Source: Acinetobacter wanghuae (GTDB lineage: Bacteria > Pseudomonadota > Gammaproteobacteria > Pseudomonadales > Moraxellaceae). Taken from it: a DNA stretch of 32,000 nt. Under the pieces are notes generated by a model, which made no database searches, was not told the origin of the DNA, and worked only from the letters and a program-made list of their open reading frames with translations. Each line of letters starts with the position of its first letter. Within the stretch, counting starts at the first letter, position 1. Shown here in pieces: positions 21,567-28,907 of this stretch. The stretch lies in NCBI RefSeq assembly GCF_009557235.1, contig NZ_CP045650.1:2610001-2642000 (forward strand). The letters are read 5' to 3'. The position numbers were made by a program, and so were the translations under genes.

Positions 21567-21782
21567 CTACAGTTTGGCAAGCGACACATCTGTCGACTTA
21601 ATTAAAACCAAAACTTGACTACCGACCTGTAGATTCAAATCATTGACTGAACGAGTTGTAATGACTGAAGTAAAAATACCCGATGCAGTAACAACATCGA
21701 CCTCAGAAACAACATCACCTTTTACGATTTCCTGAATCGTACCTTTAATTTGATTTCTGACATTGATTGATTGAATTGTCAT
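21567..21782 (-). CDS. Stand-alone TOBE-domain protein (Mop / molybdenum-pterin-binding-protein-like)
   Basis: 71-aa ORF. SVRNQIKGTIQEIVKGDVVSEVDV....G..FTSVITTRSVNDLNLQVGSQVLVLIKSTDV matches the single TOBE/Mop fold pattern (ARNQ.kG.V..i..G.v...v). An AGGA RBS lies upstream. Confidence 0.8.
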   Translation of the reverse strand: MTIQSINVRNQIKGTIQEIVKGDVVSEVDVVTASGIFTSVITTRSVNDLNLQVGSQVLVLIKSTDVSLAKL

Positions 21783-21894
21783 TATTAATTCCTACTTTTT
21801 ATATTGGAATTAATCATGCACATATTTTTAAATAATAAAAAATAATTAAATTAGATTTTTATATCTTATTTTATTCATAATAAAAATACAAAAT

Positions 21895-22521
21895 TTATAG
21901 ATTATTACTTTCAGACTCTAAATATTTTAAATCTTTAATAATTATATTCTCATACTGCCAATTCAAAACATCTAGATTAACCAATTTTTTAATTTCTTTA
22001 TTCACGGTCTGACGCGAAGCTGACAATAGATCTGCCAAGTCATGCTGTGAAATTTTAAGTTTAATTTCAATGCCTGCTGTATGCCGAATACCGTACTGAG
22101 CAGCTAAATTAAGCAGTATTTTACATACTTTCTGATGTAAACTCGCAATATGTAAGAACTTCAGCTCAGCCATAAGATAGTGCATTCTTTTGGCAAGCAG
22201 CTTCATAAGCTCTTGTGATAAATCATTATTTTTGTAAATTATTTGAAAAAAAAGTTGTTTAGGAATGATCAAAACTCTAATTTGATTAAAGGCGTAATAG
22301 TCATATTCTGGAATTTCATCCTGTAAACATGAGAATAAATTAATAAAGTTTTTTTCAGAATAATAATTAAAGGCATGGAAACGACCCGATGGGCTTAAAT
22401 ATCCAATCTGGATAATCCCATCGAGTAAAACATACAATGAATCATCACTATATTCATTATATTTATCACGCTGAATTATAATTTCATTTTTTTGATATTT
22501 CTTAACATTAGAGTTATTCAA
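21895..22521 (-). CDS. Crp/Fnr-family transcriptional regulator (cNMP-binding-like beta-roll plus C-terminal HTH)
   Basis: 208-aa ORF with the C-terminal HTH ISQHDLADLLSASRQTVNKEIKKL. The only available start is a TTG at 22521, because an in-frame TAA lies at 22528-22530. The gene is very AT-rich. Confidence 0.75.
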   Translation of the reverse strand: MNNSNVKKYQKNEIIIQRDKYNEYSDDSLYVLLDGIIQIGYLSPSGRFHAFNYYSEKNFINLFSCLQDEIPEYDYYAFNQIRVLIIPKQLFFQIIYKNNDLSQELMKLLAKRMHYLMAELKFLHIASLHQKVCKILLNLAAQYGIRHTAGIEIKLKISQHDLADLLSASRQTVNKEIKKLVNLDVLNWQYENIIIKDLKYLESESNNL

Positions 22522-22530
22522 TATATATTA

Positions 22531-22548
22531 GAGTTCTTTCATAAGTCA
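22531..22548. repeat. IS terminal inverted repeat (transposase 3' side)
   Basis: See the mobile_element entry. It contains the transposase stop codon. Confidence 0.7.
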
Positions 22549-23374
22549 TTTTTTACTCAGTTCCATGTTATAGACTCCAGCAATTAAATTGAATCTTAAG
22601 CCTAGTCTTTTGCCTCGATTACGATATCGCTCGGCAAGTATTTTGAAGGTCTTCAAACTGCCAAATACATGCTCAATCCCAATTCTTCTTTTATTGATTT
22701 CTTGATTGTAAACTTTTAGCTCGAGATCTAGTTTGCAGCGCTTTTTTGCTTTTAATGGCAATAGACTATTTGGATACACTGCGTAAATCCCTTGATAGCC
22801 TTTATCTGCAAGGATAAAAGACCCTTTAGGAACCTGATTTAAATTGCGTTTGAATAGCTCGAAATCATGTACAGCACCACGACTCGTGCATAAACTCAGA
22901 ACTTGCCGAGTTCTATAATGGATAATGGCTTGAACTTTAAAAGTATGTGCCTTCTTCTTGCCACTATAGCTTTTCTTCTGTTTTTTTAGGCCTTTGTATT
23001 GGGATTTCTGTGGCATCTACGATCACCACATTCCAGTCAATACCTTCGCCTTCAGGCAAATTCTTAGGTAAATTGAATAGATTGGACTTGATTAGACAAT
23101 CCTCTACATGGCGAACGATTCTTGAAGCAGTAGGCTCTGACACGCCATAACTTGTTGAGACATGAAATAAAGTTCGGTATTCACGCCAATAGCTCAGACA
23201 GAGTAAAACCTGATCTTCTACACTTAATTTAGGTGGTCTACCTTTTGCAGGGACATGCATTTTCAGTTGTTCAACCATTAAATCAAAGGTTGAACATGAG
23301 ATGCCTGTATATCGCTTAAACTGTGTTTCAGAAAGCTTCTTCGAATCGATGTATTTCATCCGCAAATTATGCAT
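22546..23374 (-). pseudogene. IS5-superfamily DDE transposase split into two frames at an A7 run
   Basis: orfA is 22964-23374 (HTH part, ...VIVDATEIPIQRP carrying the first Asp). orfB is 22546-23016 (ILADKGYQG second Asp, RIGIEHVFGSLK Glu). The two frames meet at the minus-strand A7 run (plus T7, 22981-22987). The 829-nt span becomes one 275-aa ORF if one A is removed. Confidence 0.8.
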
Positions 23375-23426
23375 GAATATTCAAAATTCTTCGGTACAAA
23401 TAATCAGCAAAAGATAGAGCGTTTTT

Positions 23427-23444
23427 TGATTTATGAAAGAGATC
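23427..23444. repeat. IS terminal inverted repeat (transposase 5' side)
   Basis: Its reverse complement matches 22531-22548 at 15 of 18 positions. Confidence 0.7.
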
Positions 23445-23530
23445 TATTGAATATCATCATCCGATATTTTTTTAAATATATTTTTTATAACATTTGATTT
23501 TTGATTTTCATCAAAATTATAATATTGCAT

Positions 23531-23570
23531 AAAATCCACCTAATATCATTTTATTTTCATATTAGATGGA
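23531..23570 (-). terminator. Rho-independent terminator downstream of the AtsK-like gene
   Basis: The minus strand reads TCCATCTAATAT, a 12-nt loop, ATATTAGGTGGA (12-bp stem with one G-U pair), then TTTTAT. Confidence 0.6.
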
Positions 23571-23648
23571 TTACTAACTGACTACGAATCATTTATTCTT
23601 AATTAGTTAGTTTTTTTTGTGCAAAGTTTGTTCACTGCAAAGATTTCA

Positions 23649-24596
23649 TTATGAAACTTTTTCATATTGCCCATCATTGGTTAAACGATAGTCCGTGATA
23701 TCTACTTTTTGTTCTTTACGCAGTACTTCGCTTGGACGTCCATCCACCCCGACTGGAATATCACCTTCCAATGTTACACGGCGTACCACACGGTGCTGAT
23801 CACCATAATCATTAATAGCACGGTGTTGCGTTGCACGATTGTCCCAAATCGCAACATCTCCTGCTTCCCAGCGCCAGCGCACGATGTTTTCCTGTTTCAC
23901 GACATAGCTTTGGAATAAATCAAATAATTTGCGTGAATCTGATGAACTGAAACCGACAAAGCGATTAAAGAAATGCCCAAGTAGTAACGTTTTTTCACCT
24001 GTCTCAGGATGAATACGAACCAATGGATGTTCTGTTTCATATTCAGTTGAATTAAAGAAATTTTTATACTTTGCTGCAAGCTCAGGCGTGATTTCTTTTT
24101 TAACAACATTGGCATAATCAAAATCATTGCTATGTACAGTACGTAAACCATCTGCAAATACTTTTAGCGGCTCAGGCAGTGATTCATATGCTGACGTTGT
24201 GTTTGCCCAAGCTGTATCACCACCTGCTGCAGGCGCAACCACGCTACGTAAAATAGATGCTTTCGGATAAGCATCTAAGAATGTAATGTCCGTATGCCAT
24301 GAATCTGCACGCGCGCCATGTGCAGAGTCAAGTTCTAAAATATGTTTAGAACCTTGTTTTACTGGAACAGTTGGATGATTTAATGGCTCACCTAGACGTG
24401 CAGCAAAAGCTTCTTGTTCGGCATCATCAAGATGTTGCTGACCTTTGAAAAAGATTGCTTTATATTGAAGTAGTGCTTGATTGATTTCTCGGACAACGTT
24501 TTGCTCTAATTGACCAGATAATTTCACGCCTTGGATTTCTGCACCAATACGACCTGTAATTGGTTTGACTTGAATGTGTTTATATTCATAGCTCAT
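23649..24596 (-). CDS. Fe(II)/2-oxoglutarate-dependent dioxygenase, TauD/TfdA family, AtsK (alkyl sulfatase)-like
   Basis: 315-aa ORF with WHTDITF (HxD iron ligands), YPKASILRSV, GGDTAWAN and RWRWEAGDVAIWDNRATQH. The overall layout resembles my recollection of Pseudomonas AtsK more than E. coli TauD. Confidence 0.85.
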   Translation of the reverse strand: MSYEYKHIQVKPITGRIGAEIQGVKLSGQLEQNVVREINQALLQYKAIFFKGQQHLDDAEQEAFAARLGEPLNHPTVPVKQGSKHILELDSAHGARADSWHTDITFLDAYPKASILRSVVAPAAGGDTAWANTTSAYESLPEPLKVFADGLRTVHSNDFDYANVVKKEITPELAAKYKNFFNSTEYETEHPLVRIHPETGEKTLLLGHFFNRFVGFSSSDSRKLFDLFQSYVVKQENIVRWRWEAGDVAIWDNRATQHRAINDYGDQHRVVRRVTLEGDIPVGVDGRPSEVLRKEQKVDITDYRLTNDGQYEKVS

Positions 24597-24750
24597 GGGG
24601 TGTGCCTCATTTCTAATTTATTTAGGTAGTTTTCAAAATGTTATTTTCTTGCTGTAAATGATCTTGCCAAAATCACTTATTAAAATCTGTCAAACATTTG
24701 ACATTTATGTTCTGAATTTCAGCTATGTAAAATATAAAAAGGAATAATAA

Positions 24751-24781
24751 AAACAAAAAAACCCGCTTCCGCGGGTTTTTT
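24751..24781 (-). terminator. Rho-independent terminator after the SDR gene (bidirectional in shape)
   Basis: AACCCGC-TTCC-GCGGGTT (24760-24777), flanked by an A-run on plus (a T-run on the minus strand) and a T-run on plus. Confidence 0.8.
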
Positions 24782-24794
24782 ATTATGATTCAAC

Positions 24795-25631
24795 TTAGCC
24801 TCTTTGACTAAATCGCGTCGCAAAAGCAATCACTTTTTGATAGCCCGTTGGCAATACGCGTTGCATGATATCAATCGCTTTCGCGTCATTCCCAATCAAT
24901 AGACGGCGTTTGTCTTTTTGCACGGCTTCTAATATTTGACGTGCTGCTTCTTCAGGTGGACAACGTAATAACTTGTTGAAAGACTTCGCTGATTTTTCAG
25001 GATTCATGCCCAATGTTAGCAAACTATCATTCATTTTCGCTGCAAGTGCAATATTGGTACGAATCCCACCCGGATGCACACAGAGCGCACTGACACCACT
25101 CTTTTCCATATCCAATTCTTGACGTAGTGCTTCAGTAAAACCACGTACCGCAAACTTCGTTGCATTATAAGCAGATTGGGTCGGCTGTGCCGTCAAACCA
25201 AATAGACTTGAAATATTAATAATATGACCATCACCCGTCTTTTTAATCAAGGGTAAGAATTCTTTGGTGCCATACACCACACCCCAGAAATTAATATTTA
25301 CAATCCATTCAAGTTCTTCATAGGACGCGCCTTCAACAGTAGAACCGAGTGCCACACCCGCATTGTTGAAGATCATATTAATACTGCCATGTTCTTGCTC
25401 GACTTGCGCTGCCCATGCTTTCACTTCTTCAAGTTTTGCGACATCCACTTTTTTGGTTGTAACGCGCACACCGCTTTCTTTGACTAAAGCCACGGTGTCT
25501 GCTAAACCTTTTTCATTAACATCGCTGAGTGCCAAATGACAGCCTTGCTTGGCTAAAAGCACTGCAAGTTGTTGTCCAATACCTGAGCCCGCACCCGTAA
25601 TTGCAGCCACTTTATTATTAAAATCTTTCAT
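24795..25631 (-). CDS. Short-chain dehydrogenase/reductase (SDR) family oxidoreductase
   Basis: Track ORF 24795-25652 starts at a GTG. I prefer the ATG at 25631 (MKDFNNKVAAITGAGSGIG...) with AGGA 7 nt upstream. Contains the TGxxxGIG cofactor motif, NNAG, and YNATK in the active-site position corresponding to YxxxK. Confidence 0.9.
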   Translation of the reverse strand: MKDFNNKVAAITGAGSGIGQQLAVLLAKQGCHLALSDVNEKGLADTVALVKESGVRVTTKKVDVAKLEEVKAWAAQVEQEHGSINMIFNNAGVALGSTVEGASYEELEWIVNINFWGVVYGTKEFLPLIKKTGDGHIINISSLFGLTAQPTQSAYNATKFAVRGFTEALRQELDMEKSGVSALCVHPGGIRTNIALAAKMNDSLLTLGMNPEKSAKSFNKLLRCPPEEAARQILEAVQKDKRRLLIGNDAKAIDIMQRVLPTGYQKVIAFATRFSQRG

Positions 25632-25712
25632 ACATATTCCTTGTGTCTTCACCGATCTGCACAGATAGGCTTTTTATTCTGTTAAGTTCTATCATTGCTA
25701 TTCAATATAGTT

Positions 25713-25732
25713 TTGACAATGAGTATTGTCAA
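25713..25732. promoter_or_regulatory. Candidate TetR-family operator
   Basis: Perfect palindrome TTGACAAT-GAGT-ATTGTCAA in the SDR/TetR divergent spacer. It also contains a TTGACA -35-like hexamer. Confidence 0.45.
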
Positions 25733-25846
25733 TAATTACAGTATGTCTATTCGGGTCAACTTTCTATCATCAGATGATTGTTTGAGTTTCGATGCCTATT
25801 TATTGCTAAGATATGAAAAACTGTAGAAATATGACTGATCAACACT

Positions 25847-26527
25847 ATGACAGAATTGGATACATCAGAGAAAAAAGCCAAAAAATCAGCCAGCAAAGAG
25901 CGTCAATTTAAAGGACTATCCATGTCCGAACGCCAACAAGCACGTCGTGAGAAGCTGATTGAAGCCGGTATTGAAGCCTATGGTACACAAGGTTTTTTCT
26001 CTGTCACTGTCAAAGATATTTGTAATGAAGCCAAACTGACCGAACGTTATTTCTATGAGTCATTTAAAAAGAGCGAGCACTTATTTCAAACCATCTTTTT
26101 AAAACTGATTGATGAGTTACAGCACAATGTGATGCAAGCCATTATGCAAGCATCTGGCGATCCCGAAAAAATGATCAAAGCGGGCTTAACTGCCCTCCTT
26201 ACGACTTTACGCGATAACCCACGTATGGCACGGATTATTTATATCGATGCCATGCTAGTTCAAGAGCTTCATAACCAAGCTACCATTCATGAAACCATGT
26301 TGCGTTTTGACCGCATGATTCATGCTTTCGTCATGTTGATGATGCCGAATTTAAAACGCAGTGACGGTGAAATTGCACTTGTTTCTACGGGGCTCAATGG
26401 TTATGTCACCCAAATTGCGATTCGTTGGGTGATGAGTGGCTTTAAACAATCAATGGATGAGGTTCTGTCCTCATGTAGTATTGTTTTCATGGCATTGCTG
26501 AATAATTTTGCAGAACTGAAACAATAA
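25847..26527 (+). CDS. TetR/AcrR family transcriptional regulator
   Basis: 226-aa ORF with an N-terminal TetR HTH (GFFSVTVKDICNEAKLTERYFYESFKSKE-like segment). It is divergent from the SDR gene. Confidence 0.85.
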   Translation: MTELDTSEKKAKKSASKERQFKGLSMSERQQARREKLIEAGIEAYGTQGFFSVTVKDICNEAKLTERYFYESFKKSEHLFQTIFLKLIDELQHNVMQAIMQASGDPEKMIKAGLTALLTTLRDNPRMARIIYIDAMLVQELHNQATIHETMLRFDRMIHAFVMLMMPNLKRSDGEIALVSTGLNGYVTQIAIRWVMSGFKQSMDEVLSSCSIVFMALLNNFAELKQ

Positions 26528-26689
26528 AATATATTTCTATTGGGAATTGAAAGTTTATTTTCTTTTTGCAAAACACGATAGCAAACCATTGTTTAATCAA
26601 CTGAAAATAATCAATTTCGATTAAACCCCATCATTGCTTTTTGATAAATTTCAGTGAGATAAGGACGAATACATATCATTGCAATGATA

Positions 26690-26734
26690 CTGTCATAATT
26701 AGTCTTTGTAATAAGCCTGTCATACAAAATAAAA
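26690..26734 (+). promoter_or_regulatory. Candidate Pho-box half-sites upstream of phoB
   Basis: Two exact CTGTCAT heptamers (26690-26696 and 26717-26723), the core of the E. coli Pho-box consensus CTGTCATA(A/T)A(A/T)CTGTCA(C/T). The 11-bp partner repeats are poor and the spacing is 27 bp, so this is tentative. Confidence 0.35.
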
Positions 26735-26768
26735 CGGTCCACCGTTTACATGAAAAGGGTCTTGCGCT

Positions 26769-27479
26769 GTGAAAGATGACTATATTTTAATCGTCGATGA
26801 CGAACTTCCGATTCGGGAAATGATTCATACCTCTTTGGATATGGCAGGTTTTCACTGCTTACAAGCTGAGGATGCGAAACAAGCCCATCAAATGATTGTA
26901 GATCAACGTCCTGCACTCATTTTACTGGATTGGATGATGCCTGGAGGCGTGAGTGGTGTAGACTTATGTCGTCGTCTCAAACGTGATGAAAGCTTATCTG
27001 AAATTCCAGTGATTATGCTCACCGCACGAGCTGAAGAAGACCATAAAGTCCAAGGTCTCGATGCCGGCGCAGATGACTATATGACCAAACCATTTTCCAC
27101 TCGAGAATTGGTGTCACGCATTAAAGCGGTATTACGTCGTGCCAACGCGTTAAGCGGTGAAAAGACCATTGATGCCAATGGCTTGATTTTAGATCCGGTC
27201 AGTCAACGTGTCAGCTTTGCCAACAATCTTTTAGAAATGGGACCAACGGAATATCGTTTATTGGCATTCTTTATGACCCATCCTGAACGTGCCTACACAC
27301 GTGCACAATTGCTTGACCAAGTGTGGGGCGGCAACGTATATATTGAAGACCGAACCATTGATGTGCATATTCGTCGCTTACGTAAAGTGTTAGAGCCATA
27401 TAATGCGGATCGTTATGTACAAACAGTGCGCGGTACAGGTTATCGTTTTTCTACCCGTGCAGATGCTGCATTGAGCTAA
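26769..27479 (+). CDS. phoB: Phosphate regulon response regulator
   Basis: 236-aa ORF with a GTG start. Receiver domain ([19 protein letters not shown]) and OmpR/PhoB winged helix ([23 protein letters not shown]). It is immediately followed by phoR. Confidence 0.9.
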   Translation: MKDDYILIVDDELPIREMIHTSLDMAGFHCLQAEDAKQAHQMIVDQRPALILLDWMMPGGVSGVDLCRRLKRDESLSEIPVIMLTARAEEDHKVQGLDAGADDYMTKPFSTRELVSRIKAVLRRANALSGEKTIDANGLILDPVSQRVSFANNLLEMGPTEYRLLAFFMTHPERAYTRAQLLDQVWGGNVYIEDRTIDVHIRRLRKVLEPYNADRYVQTVRGTGYRFSTRADAALS

Positions 27480-27504
27480 GTTATTTTAAGGTTACGCTTG
27501 TTTT

Positions 27505-28863
27505 ATGTATGAACCCTACCCAGTGCCTGAGCTGGCTCGCGACCATCAAAAATTCCGCTACAGCAGTTTGTGGGATTTCGCCAAGCAGGATTTACGTCTC
27601 TTAGCATTTTTTCTGGTGATTGCCTGTTTTATTGGCTATGGCATTGGCTATTTTTGGGTCTGTATTGTCATTGCCTTTGTGGCGTTTTTTGCGACTCAAA
27701 TGCGTTCACTGTATTTGGTCAATGAATGGATTTCCAACCGCCCTTACGATGTTCCACCCAATATCAAAGGGATTTGGGGCGCACTCCTATTCAATGTATA
27801 TCGTGCGCAGCGTCAAGAACGAATTGTACAGGCAGAAATGGTCGGGCTGATTGATCGTGCTCAATCGTCATTAATTGCCTTACAAGAAGCCGTTGTGCTG
27901 ATTGATGAAAATCAACTGATTGAATGGTGGAATCCGGCATCAGAACGATTATTAGGGATATCAACCGAAGACCGTGGACGCAATATTCTAACCTTATTAC
28001 GTCAACCTAGTTTTGTCGATTATTACAATAAAATTGATGACTCACCCGATGGCTTGAAAATGAAATCATCGATGTTTGATGATCATTATGTGCAAGTCAA
28101 AATGACCCGTTTCGGTGGTGAAAGTCGCCTCTTAGTCGCTTATGACGTGACGCGCATGCATAATCTCGAGCAGATGCGTAAAGACTTTGTGGATAATATT
28201 TCACATGAACTACGCACACCATTGACCGTACTGAGCGGTTATATCGAAACCTTTACCGATCAAGAAGATATCACACCACGATGGAAACGTGCTTTCGATC
28301 AAATGCAATCGCAAACACGCCGTATGAATGCGTTGGTGAATGATCTGTTGTTATTATCGCGTTTAGAAAATGACAAAAAAGTAGCTAAAAATCAAATCAT
28401 TGATATGCCAAGTTTAATGAATCAATTGTTTGATGATGCCCAAGCCTATAACGTTGATTATGGTCATACGCTGAATTTAGATATTGATAGCCATTGCGAT
28501 TTAATTGGCTCGGATATGGAACTTGCGAGTGCATTTAGCAACTTGATTTCTAATGCCATTAAATACACACCCAAAGGTGGCACGATTACGATGGGCTGGC
28601 ATGACAATGGTGAGACGGCGTACTTCGTGGTTGAAGATACCGGTATTGGCATTGATCCCAAACATTTACCACGCTTAACGGAACGTTTTTATCGGGTCGA
28701 CTCTGACCGAAGTCGCAGCACAGGTGGCACAGGTTTAGGCTTAGCCATCGTGAAACATGTGCTCATGCAACATCAAGCCTATTTAGAAATCGAGTCTAAG
28801 GAGAATCAAGGTTCTACTTTTAAAGTGATTTTTCCAAAAGAACGTTTGAGTTTTCCAGACTAG
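27505..28863 (+). CDS. phoR: Phosphate regulon sensor histidine kinase
   Basis: 452-aa ORF with two N-terminal TM segments, a PAS-like region, the H-box FVDNISHELRTPLT, an N box (SNLISNAIKYTP), and G boxes (EDTGIGI, GGTGLGLAIV). Confidence 0.9.
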   Translation: MYEPYPVPELARDHQKFRYSSLWDFAKQDLRLLAFFLVIACFIGYGIGYFWVCIVIAFVAFFATQMRSLYLVNEWISNRPYDVPPNIKGIWGALLFNVYRAQRQERIVQAEMVGLIDRAQSSLIALQEAVVLIDENQLIEWWNPASERLLGISTEDRGRNILTLLRQPSFVDYYNKIDDSPDGLKMKSSMFDDHYVQVKMTRFGGESRLLVAYDVTRMHNLEQMRKDFVDNISHELRTPLTVLSGYIETFTDQEDITPRWKRAFDQMQSQTRRMNALVNDLLLLSRLENDKKVAKNQIIDMPSLMNQLFDDAQAYNVDYGHTLNLDIDSHCDLIGSDMELASAFSNLISNAIKYTPKGGTITMGWHDNGETAYFVVEDTGIGIDPKHLPRLTERFYRVDSDRSRSTGGTGLGLAIVKHVLMQHQAYLEIESKENQGSTFKVIFPKERLSFPD

Positions 28864-28873
28864 TTTCAACATC

Positions 28874-28900
28874 AAAAAAAGGTGCATTAGCACCTTTTTT
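28874..28900. terminator. Bidirectional rho-independent terminator between phoR and the GST gene
   Basis: AAAAAAAGGTGC-ATTA-GCACCTTTTTT. Confidence 0.8.
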
Positions 28901-28907
28901 ACCAGCA

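Larger units (their letters stand above)
22531..23444 (-). mobile_element. Insertion sequence, IS5 superfamily (DDE transposase; subgroup not resolvable by eye), 914 bp
   Basis: Imperfect terminal inverted repeats match 15/18: GAGTTCTTTCATAAGTCA (22531-22548) versus the reverse complement of 23427-23444, GATCTCTTTCATAAATCA. They enclose the transposase ORFs. TA dinucleotides flank both ends (22529-22530 and 23445-23446), a possible 2-bp target duplication. Confidence 0.8.

Noticed and set aside
22522-22530. IS insertion having truncated the N-terminus of the Crp-like protein
   Set aside because: An in-frame TAA (22528-22530) lies in the native flank outside the IS repeat, so the ORF was already bounded there. 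A 208-aa protein is full length for the family.
22981-22987. Classical -1 programmed ribosomal frameshift at the IS A7 run
   Set aside because: The -1 frame is not orfB and terminates after about 28 codons. orfB is +1 relative to orfA.
22531-23444. Composite transposon or larger mobile island delimited by IS copies
   Set aside because: Only one IS copy is present in the window. No integrase, second IS or att-like direct repeats were seen.
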